Origin: an uncultured bacterium
GTDB lineage: Bacteria > Verrucomicrobiota > Verrucomicrobiia > Limisphaerales > UBA8199
Assembly (NCBI GenBank): GCA_963749495.1
Contig: CAVVMW010000004.1
Span: forward strand, 128,001-192,000
Direction: 5' to 3'
DNA length: 64,000 bases
The notes beneath the pieces were generated by a model, which saw nothing but the letters and a program-made list of their open reading frames with translations, had not been told where the DNA came from and searched no databases. The translations under genes and the position numbers were made by a program. Positions 42,571 to 52,436 of this stretch are shown one piece after another. Position 1 is the first letter of the stretch. Each line of letters begins with the position of its first letter.

Positions 42571-42844
42571 AACGTGAAACGGGCGAGGCGCTGCTGAAGG
42601 TGAAGGGCGATGCGGGTGTTCAGGACGTGACGTAGAGCCTGCCTCTTCCAGACCTTTGTCGCAACCTTTGTCGCAGCCTTTGTCGAGAAATGGCCAATCC
42701 GACAAGGGTTCGACAAAGGTTCCGACAAAGGTTTCGACAAAGGCGTGGAGCCGCGTCTTCCGGGGCAGTTGATGGGCTCGCCCAGTCCCTTTTGTCGCTT
42801 TTGTCCCTTTTGTCCCTTACCGCCCCAGTCACTCCCGCCGCCGC

Positions 42845-43459
42845 CTAATTCGAGATTGGCGCTGCCGGTTTCTGGATTTCCTGCGCGAGGGCCTTGGCGC
42901 TGCCGGCGACAGCCACCGCCTGCTTGCGGTCCAGGCTGTTGGCCTGGAAGATCGCCTGGATGTCAGCCGTGATGTCGGTCAGTTGCGAGGCTGGGAGCTT
43001 CTGCGGGTTGAGAATGGAGTTGAGGTCCTGGAGCAACCGCTCGCGTGTGGCCGCCGAGAGGAGCTTTTCCGAGAGGGCCGAGGCGAGACTGTCGGCCAAT
43101 TTCCTGGTGGTGGCCTGGGAGGGCTTGTTTGGGCCCTGGGCGGCCCCGATGAGGTGGCTGGCAAGCTGCAGCTTGAGTTGTGGGCTGGGCGTCGCGTCGG
43201 GCCTCAGGGCGATGAGGTCGGCTCGCACCCTGGCCAGGGCCTGCTCGGCGGGCGTCAAGGGGCGGGCCGGGGCGCCGGGCGCGGCTGCAACCGGTGGCGG
43301 TGGCAGCGGTTTGGCCGGCGAGGCCACACCCTGCTGGACATTGTTTTGGTTGACCAATTCCTTGGCGCGCTGCTTGATGATGACCGCTGACCCCTGGCCG
43401 AAAGCCGTTCCTGCGGCCAATACGAGGGCGAACCACGCGAGGACGAACCTTGTCTTCAT
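42845..43459 (-). CDS. Secreted hypothetical protein
   Basis: Signal peptide, Pro-rich linker and helical domain. Confidence 0.8.
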   Translation of the reverse strand: MKTRFVLAWFALVLAAGTAFGQGSAVIIKQRAKELVNQNNVQQGVASPAKPLPPPPVAAAPGAPARPLTPAEQALARVRADLIALRPDATPSPQLKLQLASHLIGAAQGPNKPSQATTRKLADSLASALSEKLLSAATRERLLQDLNSILNPQKLPASQLTDITADIQAIFQANSLDRKQAVAVAGSAKALAQEIQKPAAPISN

Positions 43460-43637
43460 ACGAATACCTGATGTGCTACTGACACGAGAGTGCTCCCCCC
43501 CAGGCCGATTGTCAACCGTGAAAGGGCCGAGGGCCGAGGGGCTATGGTTGATCCTCTCTTACTATCAGCAACGCCCCGAGGCGTGCCCGGGACGCCACGA
43601 GCAAGGTCCGTGACTGCCAGCACGGCGCGCTTGCCGT

Positions 43638-44621
43638 TCAGGGAACCGTGTAGGTCCTTATGCTGCGCGTGGCGTGCCACGCCCACCAGAACCAGTCATT
43701 GTACTGCAAACCGGGTTTGGCGGTCTGCCGAGCGGGCACGCCGCTGTGAATGAAGAGATTGCTCTTCCACTTGTGGATTTCGGAATGGCCATCGGCGAAG
43801 GCGAAGCCGCAGCCGTTGTCGTGCATGGGGCTGCACCAGTCCACAAACTGCGGTTCGGCGGCGATGACCGCCATGGCGGCGTCATTGATCGTCCACGGAT
43901 CATCGTCCACAAAAGTCCAGATGTCCGCCGGGCTGGCGCTCTTGAAATCGGTCAGTTTGCCGAACGTGAGATACGGCTGGCCAGACTTGTGGCTGTGGTT
44001 GCCATCAAGCCAGGGGCCGTTCGTGGGCAGCGTCGGCTTGCCGTGATGGCCGCCGCTGGTGGCGAAGCCGGGATCAACCGTCCCCACGCCCTGATTGAGC
44101 GAGTAGCTGCGGATCACCGGAATGATGGTGCCGCGCCGGGCCGGGTCCGAGCCGGAGTAGGGACAATTCCGCGGGTCCGCCGGACACTTATATATCAGCA
44201 CGCTATATCCCAGATACTGGCCCATGAGGGCATATTTCGGGTCTGTTAGGTAATCCGGGTCGCCAGCCTCCGTGCTGCCGCCCGCAGCCACGGTCGGCAT
44301 CCAGCCCGACTGGTCGCCCGAGACCCAATGGTAATAAGGCGTGACATCGCCGGGGTCATCGGGGTTGGGCGGCAGGAAGTCAGTATTGTCATTTCCGTAC
44401 ATGAACGCGGCCTTCATCAGTTGGTTGAAGTTGTTCATGCAGTTGAGATTCTTGGCCCGGGTCTTGGCCTTGGCCAGTGCCGGCAGCAGCATCGCCGCCA
44501 GGATGGCTATGATGGCGATGACCACCAGCAGTTCGATCAAGGTAAAGCCGGCCCGCTTGGTGGAACCGCGGGAGATCCGGCGAGCCTTTCTCCCGCGGGA
44601 ACGATCCAATCTTGTTTTCAT
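43638..44621 (-). CDS. Prepilin-type N-terminal / H-X9-DG protein
   Basis: [25 protein letters not shown] and [13 protein letters not shown]. Confidence 0.92.
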   Translation of the reverse strand: MKTRLDRSRGRKARRISRGSTKRAGFTLIELLVVIAIIAILAAMLLPALAKAKTRAKNLNCMNNFNQLMKAAFMYGNDNTDFLPPNPDDPGDVTPYYHWVSGDQSGWMPTVAAGGSTEAGDPDYLTDPKYALMGQYLGYSVLIYKCPADPRNCPYSGSDPARRGTIIPVIRSYSLNQGVGTVDPGFATSGGHHGKPTLPTNGPWLDGNHSHKSGQPYLTFGKLTDFKSASPADIWTFVDDDPWTINDAAMAVIAAEPQFVDWCSPMHDNGCGFAFADGHSEIHKWKSNLFIHSGVPARQTAKPGLQYNDWFWWAWHATRSIRTYTVP

Positions 44622-44932
44622 GCTTGTTACGATGAATAGCACCTCTGCGATCAGCTTGTGCCTGTTGCCCAACCGGGAATCTTGCACTTACTTTACGACG
44701 CCTGGTCCTTTGAGTCAATCTAAATCCGTGTAGTACTTTGTCTGACAGTCACTCAAGGCAATGCCTTATAGGAATTCAAGCAGAGATCGAGGCTGCCGAG
44801 CATTCGACAGCATCCCTGCGGGGTGTATTTTGGCGCAGGCGTGGCTACTTGGCTTGGCTGTTGAGCCAACGGCGCCAAAAGGCGCCCGGCAGCGCGCCTG
44901 TGCAGACCGCGCTGCAATTATGAGAATGTCTT

Positions 44933-45230
44933 AAATAGGGGGTCTTAAATAGGGGTAAATAGGGGTCACATCTATATAGGGGTAAATAGGGGTCACATCT
45001 ATATATAGGGGTAAATAGGGGTCACATCTATACATTTTTACAATGTTTTCTGGACGCGCCTCATCTCCTCGCGTCGGTAAATCGGCGTCGGTAAATCAGG
45101 GTCAAGGTAAATCAGGGGCATATCTAAACATTGTTTACGCGGACTCACATTGTAAGAAAGTATAGATGTGACCCCGCTTCTTGACTCTCCGCTTCTTGAC
45201 TTCTCCCTCTCCCCCCCGCTTCTCCCTCCC
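44933..45230. repeat. Stuttered terminal repeats and inverted repeat beside the transposase remnant
   Basis: Three copies of taggggtaaataggggtcacatctata. Inverted partner tgtaagaaagtatagatgtgacccc at about 45151-45175, then repeated ccgcttcttgact. Confidence 0.85.
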
Positions 45231-45653
45231 GTTGATCGAGAGCGTCGTCTCCTTGCGCAACCGCGCCGCGATGGCCAGCTTTGCCGGATCGCTCTTGCGC
45301 CGGGCCGCCAGGTCGCTCTGCTTCCAGCCCAACCGCTGCAATTCCTCGGCCACTATACGCCCCGCCTTGGTTTCCGCTGTCTCCAGGCGCAACTCTCCTG
45401 AGTGATGTTCCCCAAGCTTGCCCTCCATGCCTGCAACCAGGTTGGCGTTCCGAGTCTCGAGCACCAGGTGATAGTGATTGTGCATCAGGCACTAGTCATG
45501 CACCTGCCATCCGGTCTTCTGGCAAGCCTCGGCCACCGTCTTGATGAAGTCCTGCCGATCCACGTCATCCAGGAAGATGTCCTCCGGCCGATCGCCCCGG
45601 CTCATCACGTGATACATGGCCCCTGGATATTCGACACGTAGCTTGCGCGGCAT
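45231..45653 (-). pseudogene. Y1/HUH (RAYT-like) transposase remnant
   Basis: MPRKLRVEYPGAMYHVMSRG...stop...CLMHNHYHLVLET, fused directly to C-terminal ...KSDPAKLAIAARLRKETT. Confidence 0.88.
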
Positions 45654-45788
45654 CGGCCATGGGTACAGCGCCCCCGACCGATCCGTCAACATGAGAACCG
45701 CTCCATGCTATGGTTTAATATCTTCACGAGAACTCCCTTAGGAGTGGCTTGTTTACAGACAGCGGCGGCTCCAACTCCAGCCTCCTCC

Positions 45789-45866
45789 TTTTCTTGTTTT
45801 TCACTGGCGCGGTTGCCTCGGCGGACGGCAACGTCGCGCCCCGCCGCGCCGCTGAAAAACAAGATG
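45789..45866. repeat. Palindromic REP-like element
   Basis: tcttgtttttcactggcgcgg / ccgcgccgctgaaaaacaaga. Confidence 0.75.
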
Positions 45867-45870
45867 AAGT

Positions 45871-47169
45871 TCACTCGTTGCGAAGCTGCCAGGGTTCTTC
45901 CCGAAAGACAGAGGCGGGATAGGGATCGGGATAGGGTGGGGGGATTCTCTTTCGAATAGGGAGATAGTTGACCAGTTTTACCGCCAAGTTCAGCGCGCGG
46001 TCATGGAAGCTCGGCGGCTCGCCCAGGACCACGCCCCAGGTCCAGACCTCGCCATTCGCCGTGAGCGCCACGCCGATGCCCAGGTGGGCACCGGGAGCCA
46101 CGAAATGAAGGGCGCCGCCAGCGTAAGCGACGGACTCCCTCTTAAACGCGGCTCGCCGGAACCGCACCGGTGGGTAAGGACTCTTCGGCCCGTTGGGGTT
46201 GGGATCGGTTGCGTCCATCAGCCACAATGAACCGTCTTTCTTGGTCAGCCCCGGGCACCACCACCCCCTGGTGCAAGTGGAAATCGCCTTCCAATCCGAA
46301 TTCGTTCCCACGCGAGTGGGAACGGCATCTTGAGCCGGATCGCTCGCCTCCGTATAGATATGCGCCTGGCTCCCCCAGGCCCAGAGGGTGCCGTCCGATT
46401 TGATGGCGAAGGCGGTGTCCCCGACAAGGCCCGCGTCCACCCAATTCGTGTCCGGGCTGTTGCGCATGGGGGCGGAGATCGTGGCGGCCTGGGTGTGGAC
46501 GTCCGGATTGGGGATGTCTCCCCAGCACCAAAGGCTGCCATCGGCCTGCATCGCCACGGCGGCGCGATTGCCGGCCCAGACTTTGATCCAATTCGTGTCC
46601 GAGCCGATCCTCACCGGCACCGCGCTGCTGTAGCTCGGGGTAATTCCCAGCCACCCGCTCCAGTTGCTGCCCCAGCCCCACAAAGTGCCGTCCCTCTTTA
46701 CTGCGACGCAGTAGATGCCGCCCGCGGCAGCTTGCTTCCAGTCATGACCCGCTGCGGCGGGGACGGGCACTGCAATCGGTGTCAGTCTGCCCATCATGCT
46801 TTGTCCCCAGGTCCAGAGTGTGCCGTCGGACTTGATCGCCAGGTTGTGGCTGACCCCGGCAGAGATGCTGCCCCAGTTGGTTTCGTCGCCGACGCGGCGC
46901 AGGCTGGTGGAACGGTTCGTGAGGCCCAAACCAAGAACCGGCCAACCGAAGTGGTCCGAGCCCCACGACCAGAGGCTACCATCGGAAGCGAGGATGAGCC
47001 CATGTCTGTCGCCCAGGCTGATGGCGGGAGTGCCGGTGCCGACCGGCAATCTCAGCTTGCCCCGGCCCGAGGAATCACTGAGCAGGCTCGTGATTAAACC
47101 CGTAAGGCCAATGGCCAGCACCATAATCGCAACCGGGACAATCTTGCCTCTGAGCCGAGTACGAACCAT
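45871..47169 (-). CDS. RCC1-repeat beta-propeller protein, membrane-anchored
   Basis: Repeated DG[ST]LW.WG units after an N-terminal TM. Confidence 0.9.
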   Translation of the reverse strand: MVRTRLRGKIVPVAIMVLAIGLTGLITSLLSDSSGRGKLRLPVGTGTPAISLGDRHGLILASDGSLWSWGSDHFGWPVLGLGLTNRSTSLRRVGDETNWGSISAGVSHNLAIKSDGTLWTWGQSMMGRLTPIAVPVPAAAGHDWKQAAAGGIYCVAVKRDGTLWGWGSNWSGWLGITPSYSSAVPVRIGSDTNWIKVWAGNRAAVAMQADGSLWCWGDIPNPDVHTQAATISAPMRNSPDTNWVDAGLVGDTAFAIKSDGTLWAWGSQAHIYTEASDPAQDAVPTRVGTNSDWKAISTCTRGWWCPGLTKKDGSLWLMDATDPNPNGPKSPYPPVRFRRAAFKRESVAYAGGALHFVAPGAHLGIGVALTANGEVWTWGVVLGEPPSFHDRALNLAVKLVNYLPIRKRIPPPYPDPYPASVFREEPWQLRNE

Positions 47170-47244
47170 GGACCTGAGATAAGCCTTGCGGGAGGATAAT
47201 GTCGAGTTTGAAGGGTCGGCACTATGGCTGATTTTAGAAGGTTT

Positions 47245-47961
47245 TCAGTCGCGGGTAATCTGGCGGAGGGTGGCTTCCAATTGCAGGCGCAGGGCCTCGC
47301 GCTCCGCATCGGTGGCCTCGCGTGGGACGCGGACGGGCTGCTCGAAAATCACCCGGCACCGCGAAAAGGGCATCGGGATTTGGAACCGGTCCCAACTCTT
47401 GGCCCGGATCTTGCGGTTCAGATGATAGGACACCGGGAGGATGGGCAGGCCGGTGACCTGGGCCAGGGACATCACCCCCTTCTGGACCACATAACAGGGG
47501 CCACGCGGTCCGTCGGGCGTAATGGCCAGGTCATAGCCCCGCTCGGCCCAGGTCGTCAGTTCCAGCAGCGCCTGCGGGCCCCGCCGGCTCGATGAACCCC
47601 GCACCGGCTGGACCTTGAAGCACCGGAGAATGGCTGCCAGGAATCCACCGTCTTTGCTGGCGCTGACCATGGCTGCCATGCCGGGAGAGGCATTCCGAGC
47701 CATGGCATAGCTGTAATAGGCCTTCATGCAAAGGGCCAGCCGATTGTGCCAAATGCAGTAGATCACCGGCCCGCCCACGGTGCTCAGGAAACCGGAGCGA
47801 TCCTCGTATTGGCAGCGCACCGTCCCCGCCACCAGCCGCACCAGGGCATAGACCATCCACGCGCCCAGGCGTTGGGACCATCGCGTCTCATGCGGCACGA
47901 CCACCCCGCTGAGGCGCCTGGTTCGCGGGCGGCGCGTGGGATTGCACGTCGAGGTGTTCAT
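47245..47961 (-). CDS. DUF374 lysophospholipid acyltransferase-like protein
   Basis: WH, SASKDG, RGSSSR and TPDGPRGP. Confidence 0.9.
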   Translation of the reverse strand: MNTSTCNPTRRPRTRRLSGVVVPHETRWSQRLGAWMVYALVRLVAGTVRCQYEDRSGFLSTVGGPVIYCIWHNRLALCMKAYYSYAMARNASPGMAAMVSASKDGGFLAAILRCFKVQPVRGSSSRRGPQALLELTTWAERGYDLAITPDGPRGPCYVVQKGVMSLAQVTGLPILPVSYHLNRKIRAKSWDRFQIPMPFSRCRVIFEQPVRVPREATDAEREALRLQLEATLRQITRD

Positions 47962-48569
47962 GCCCTATCACCCTTCCTCAAGCAGGCGCGGACCAGGTCC
48001 TCGACTGTGGCCTGGGGGCCGAGGGCGGCCTGCGCCTTGCGGATGGAATCGTGGGCCTCCAGTTGCTTGAAGCCCAGGGCCATGAGCGCCAGCACGGCAT
48101 CGTTGACGCGCTGGTCGGCCTCCGAGCGCCCCCGTTCGGCGCTGGAGGCCTCCCAGGCCCCGGCCACGCCGATCTTGTCCTTGAGTTCGACCACGATGCG
48201 CTCGGCCGTCTTGCGGCCCACACCGGAGATCTGCGAGAGGGCCTTGAGGTCGCCATTGGCCACAGCGCCGCGAAAGGCCACCACGCTGATCCCGCTCAGG
48301 ATGTTGAGGGCGATCTTCGGGCCGATGCCGCTGACCGTATTGATGAGCAAGCGGAACAGGTCCCGCTCCGCCCCGCTCATGAAGCCGTAGAGGGTGTGCG
48401 AGTCCTCACGCACCACCAGGTGCGTGAGCAGCTTCACCTGCGCGCCCGGCGGCGGGAGTTTGTCGTAAGACGACAACGGGATGAGCGCCTCATAACCGAC
48501 CCCGTTGACCTCGACCGTGACCTGGGTCGGCAGGGCCTCAACCACCGGGCCTTTAAGAAAAGTGATCAT
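47958..48569 (-). CDS. ruvA: Holliday junction branch migration protein RuvA
   Basis: MITFLKG, GVGYE, VREDS..LYGF, SGIGPK and ALMALGF. Confidence 0.95.
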   Translation of the reverse strand: MITFLKGPVVEALPTQVTVEVNGVGYEALIPLSSYDKLPPPGAQVKLLTHLVVREDSHTLYGFMSGAERDLFRLLINTVSGIGPKIALNILSGISVVAFRGAVANGDLKALSQISGVGRKTAERIVVELKDKIGVAGAWEASSAERGRSEADQRVNDAVLALMALGFKQLEAHDSIRKAQAALGPQATVEDLVRACLRKGDRA

Positions 48570-48605
48570 ACAAAGGAAGCCTCGGGATGGACCACAACGG
48601 GCGGA

Positions 48606-48755
48606 CCCCTCACCCCGGCCCTCTCCCCATCGGATGGGGAGAGGGAGCACGGTTCGTCGCCACACACCTCAGTGCAACCGGACGACCGGCTAATAGCTTG
48701 TTCACCTGGCACGCGGTGTCTTTCGACTGTGGACTGTGGACTGTGGACTGTGGAC
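48606..48755. repeat. REP-like hairpin plus (actgtgg)n heptamer array between ruvC and ruvA
   Basis: ccctcaccccggccctctccccatcggatggggagaggg, then four actgtgg units at about 48726-48753. Confidence 0.8.
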
Positions 48756-48756
48756 T

Positions 48757-49353
48757 TCATATGCGCTTGAGCGGACTGAGCGAATAGCGCCCGCTCTCCT
48801 GGGCGAAGGTCAGGGCCAGGGCCAAGGCATCGGCCGCATCGGGCGCCGGCGGCTGCCGCAGGCGCAACAGGCGCTGGACCATTTTGGCCACCGCGTCTTT
48901 TTGGGCCGCACCGTAGCCGACGATGGCCTGCTTGACCTTTCGGGGCGCCAATTCGTAGATCTCCAGCCCGGCCTCGGCCGCGACGGCCAGCGCCGCCCCG
49001 CGCGCCTCGCCCATGACCAGGGCCGTTTGCAGGTTCTGGGCGTAAAACAGGCCCTCGACCACGCAGACGGTCGGGTGATGCCGCGGCAGGATGTCCCGCA
49101 GGTCCCGGGCGATCTTGACCAGGCAGCGGGAGTGTTCCCAGTGCGCGGGACACGAGATGGTCCCATGGGCCAGCGTTTGCGCGTGGGGTTTGGCCAGGCG
49201 AATCACCCCGTAACCGGTGCCGCGCAAGGAAGGGTCCAGGCCCAGGATGACCTGGTGGGGACTGGCGGCGCTCCTCTCCAGCACGGGCACCGCCCGGCGT
49301 GTTCCGCCCAGGCGCTCCTCCATCTGCTTGAACTGCTGTGGCGTGATGCCCAT
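48757..49353 (-). CDS. ruvC: Crossover junction endodeoxyribonuclease RuvC
   Basis: ILGLDP, VE..F, G.ARG, VK..IVG.G.A.K and DAADALA. Confidence 0.95.
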   Translation of the reverse strand: MGITPQQFKQMEERLGGTRRAVPVLERSAASPHQVILGLDPSLRGTGYGVIRLAKPHAQTLAHGTISCPAHWEHSRCLVKIARDLRDILPRHHPTVCVVEGLFYAQNLQTALVMGEARGAALAVAAEAGLEIYELAPRKVKQAIVGYGAAQKDAVAKMVQRLLRLRQPPAPDAADALALALTFAQESGRYSLSPLKRI

Positions 49354-49358
49354 CAGCC

Positions 49359-50642
49359 CTACCGCGGCTGCTTGCCGTAGCGCATCCGGGAAGCAGCGCC
49401 GGGGTTGGCCCCCGCCCCCGCCCCCGCCCCCATCCTCATGGGGTTGGCCGGGGCGAGTTGCGGAGTGGCAGCGGCAACGATCAGCGAGGCCGTGAACTGC
49501 CCGCCCACCACCGTCTTGTCCGTGTCCGGCAGGGCCAGGAAGATCTTCCCGGACACGCTGGTGCCGGGCACGCCAGTGGGGGACATGCCGGTGTCCGTCG
49601 CCTGGCCCAACTCGAGTTTGAGGGCATAACCCGACGAGAACCTCTGCTCGGTGGCGGCAAACCGGGGATTGGTTTTCCAGAGCTTGACGACCTGTGTAAT
49701 GACGGGGTCGCGCGTCTCCGTGGAGACGGTGAAGGTCTGGTTGGTGGGCCATTCATTGGGCTTGAGATGGAGAAAGACGCGGACGCCGCGATCCGGTGAG
49801 AGGCCCGTTCCCTGGCGCAACGTCAGGGCATAATAATCTGGGGTCTTGTCGAGCCGCGCGGTTTCGCAGACGAAATTGGTTCCGGCGATGAGGCCATTGA
49901 CCTTGCCGGCCGGGATCTTGGCCTGCTCGACGTTCAGCGTGTAGGCCGGGGCCACGATGGGGAGCTGTTTGGCGGGCGACGCGGTCCCGGTCGCCGTCGA
50001 GGCGCCCTCAATCCCTCCAGTGTCCGCCGCCGCCGCCCCGCTGTCGCCAGCCACGGGGACACCCTGGCCGGCATCGGCGCCGGTCAGCTTCCGTTTCAGG
50101 GCGTTCCGTTTGGCCGGAGCGGGGCGGTCGGGTTGGGTGTTTTCGAGGGCATCGTTGACATCCATGGCCTGGCCGACGTCCCCGCCGACCACGGGGCGTT
50201 TGGAGGCCTGGTCGACTTTGGCGTTGAACTTGGGCTGGGCCTGGTTGGTATAGTAGTCATAGCCGTAGTAGCCGCCCACGCCCAGGGCGGCCAGGCCTGT
50301 GCAGATGAGCGCCCACTTGAGGACCGGGTTGGCCTTTTTCTGGACCTTGGGTTGGAACGGCCGTTGCGCGATGCCGGCGGGGGTGGTGGAACGGGCGACT
50401 TGCGTCCTGCCGGCCGAGAGCCGGGAGGCCCCGCCCGGCGGGGGCTTGAGCACCGGCGCAACGAACTGGGAACCGGGGGTGGAAGCGGGAGCCTGATTCG
50501 ATCCGGCCGGGGGCGCGGCCTCGATCTGCGGAACCACCATCGCGCCCTGGCACGTCGGGCAGTTGATCTGGTGCCCGCACCAGAGTTGGTCGCATTGGAT
50601 TTGCTGTTGGCAATGCGGGCAGGTGAACTTGATGTCAGCCAT
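49359..50642 (-). CDS. Zinc-ribbon single-TM hypothetical protein
   Basis: MADIKFTCPHC...CPTC, Pro-rich linker, TM and a C-terminal beta domain. Confidence 0.8.
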   Translation of the reverse strand: MADIKFTCPHCQQQIQCDQLWCGHQINCPTCQGAMVVPQIEAAPPAGSNQAPASTPGSQFVAPVLKPPPGGASRLSAGRTQVARSTTPAGIAQRPFQPKVQKKANPVLKWALICTGLAALGVGGYYGYDYYTNQAQPKFNAKVDQASKRPVVGGDVGQAMDVNDALENTQPDRPAPAKRNALKRKLTGADAGQGVPVAGDSGAAAADTGGIEGASTATGTASPAKQLPIVAPAYTLNVEQAKIPAGKVNGLIAGTNFVCETARLDKTPDYYALTLRQGTGLSPDRGVRVFLHLKPNEWPTNQTFTVSTETRDPVITQVVKLWKTNPRFAATEQRFSSGYALKLELGQATDTGMSPTGVPGTSVSGKIFLALPDTDKTVVGGQFTASLIVAAATPQLAPANPMRMGAGAGAGANPGAASRMRYGKQPR

Positions 50643-50803
50643 AATCTTACTTTGTTCAAAGCCGGTTTTTGCTTGGTCGGCGCAGGCCAGGAGGCCCGTT
50701 GGCCTCGGCGTGGTCACGGCTCCTATATACAGCACTCCGCATCCTGGGAGTCAAGTTGCAAGGTTGAATTGCATTTTGGCTGCGCGGCACTTAACCTGCG
50801 GGC

Positions 50804-51370
50804 ATGACGTTGCTTGAACGGGCTGTCGAGGAGTCGGTGGCCGCGTTGCGCGGGCTCAGCCCGCTGGAGGAGCCCTTGAACGGGGCGGCCCGGATGGTTC
50901 TGGGCTGCCTGACCTCGGGCCACAAACTGCTGATCTGCGGCAATGGCGGCAGCGCTTCGGATGCCACGCACCTGGCAACCGAGTTCCTGTGCCGCTACCG
51001 CGAAGACCGCCGCCCCTATCCGGCCATTTCCCTGACGGCCAACGGCGAGTTCATGACCGCCGTGTGCAATGATTACCATTCCGACGAGATCTTCGCCCGC
51101 CAGGTCTGGGGCCTGGGCCAGCCGGGCGACCTGCTCGTGGCCTTTACCACCAGCGGCAGGTCCCGCAACGTGCTGCGCGCCCTCGAAGAGGCCCGCCGCC
51201 TGGGGCTGGGCACCCTCTGTTTCCTGGGCCGCGACGGCGGCTTCACCCGCGGCGTGGCGGACCTCGAATTGCTGGTCCCCGGCAACTCCACCGCCCGCAT
51301 CCAGGAGGCCCAGAAACTCCTCTTCCACGTCCTGTGCGAGACGGTCGAGGCCGGGCTGCCAAGACAGTAG
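50804..51370 (+). CDS. gmhA: Phosphoheptose isomerase (SIS domain)
   Basis: CGNGGSA.DA.H, ND, TSG.S.N and RIQE. Confidence 0.88.
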   Translation: MTLLERAVEESVAALRGLSPLEEPLNGAARMVLGCLTSGHKLLICGNGGSASDATHLATEFLCRYREDRRPYPAISLTANGEFMTAVCNDYHSDEIFARQVWGLGQPGDLLVAFTTSGRSRNVLRALEEARRLGLGTLCFLGRDGGFTRGVADLELLVPGNSTARIQEAQKLLFHVLCETVEAGLPRQ

Positions 51371-51408
51371 CCGGTTTGTTGAACCCTGAACCCGCCTCTT
51401 GACCACCG

Positions 51409-52275
51409 ATGAACACCGAGGAGATTCCCAAGCTGCGGCTGGCCCCGCCACGGACCGTGCCGGAGGTGTCCCGCCCTGGCCAGCCCGCACCACGGGCGCC
51501 CGCCCTGGAGGAATCCCTCGCCCCGTTCCGCGTCGGCTCGGTCCGATTTCTCAACGCCGTGCCTCTGACCCGCGGCATCGAAGACGAGGTCATCCTCGCC
51601 ACGCCCTCGGAACTGGCCGGCATGCTCCAGCGGGGCGAACTGGACGCCGCGCTGGTCAGCGTGACCGAGACCCTCCTGCGCGAGAGCTACGACATCCTGG
51701 ACGGCATTGCCATCGCCTCGCTGGGCGAGGTCAAGAGCGTTTTCCTGGCCCATCGCGGCCCGCTGGAGGGCGCGCGCGAGGTCTTCTGTGACCGGGCATC
51801 GCTCACCAGCGTGAATCTGCTGCGTGTCCTGCTGGCCGAACGCGGGCTCCAGCCCCAGTTCAAGCCCCTGGCTGGCTACGACTTCGCCGTCCTGCCGGAT
51901 TACGCCTTGCTCATTGGCGATACTGCCCTGGATTTCGCCCTGGCGCCCCACGCGCACCAGATCTGGGACCTGGGCGCCGCCTGGTACGAGTTGACCGGCC
52001 TGCCGTTCGTCTATGCGGTGTGGGCCTTGCGCCGCGGCATCCAGAACGCCCCGCTCCGCCGCCAACTCCGCCAGGCCCGCCAGTTCGGCCTCGAAACCCT
52101 CGATTCCATCATCCGCAACCGGACGGAATACGACTACGATTTCCGCAAGGATTACCTCTCCTGGCATATTCACTACCACCTGGGCGCCGACGAAAAGCGC
52201 GGCGTGACCCGCTTCGCGGAGTTGCTCCGAAAGCATGGCGTCGGGACCATCCACGAGCCGAATTACGTGATATAA
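51409..52275 (+). CDS. mqnA: Chorismate dehydratase (futalosine pathway)
   Basis: FLNA.PL, V.SV, S.TSV.L, LLIGD.AL and DLG..W...TGLPFV.AVW. Confidence 0.9.
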   Translation: MNTEEIPKLRLAPPRTVPEVSRPGQPAPRAPALEESLAPFRVGSVRFLNAVPLTRGIEDEVILATPSELAGMLQRGELDAALVSVTETLLRESYDILDGIAIASLGEVKSVFLAHRGPLEGAREVFCDRASLTSVNLLRVLLAERGLQPQFKPLAGYDFAVLPDYALLIGDTALDFALAPHAHQIWDLGAAWYELTGLPFVYAVWALRRGIQNAPLRRQLRQARQFGLETLDSIIRNRTEYDYDFRKDYLSWHIHYHLGADEKRGVTRFAELLRKHGVGTIHEPNYVI

Positions 52276-52436
52276 AGCGGCCGCGCTCCAAGTCCGAAAT
52301 CTGAAGCAGGCAGAAAAATGGGGGCAGAAAGATAACAAACAGACTCATCTTTCTGCCCCCATTTTTCTGCCAACTCCGGATCCCAGATCCGAAATGCGCG
52401 ATTGACAATCCGCTCTTCCCCGGGGATCATCCCCCC

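Noticed and set aside
44933..45045. CRISPR array
   Set aside because: Repeats are adjacent with no unique spacers, and no cas genes are present.
47958..49353. ruvB absent beside ruvCA
   Set aside because: Split ruv loci are common, and ruvB may lie outside the window.
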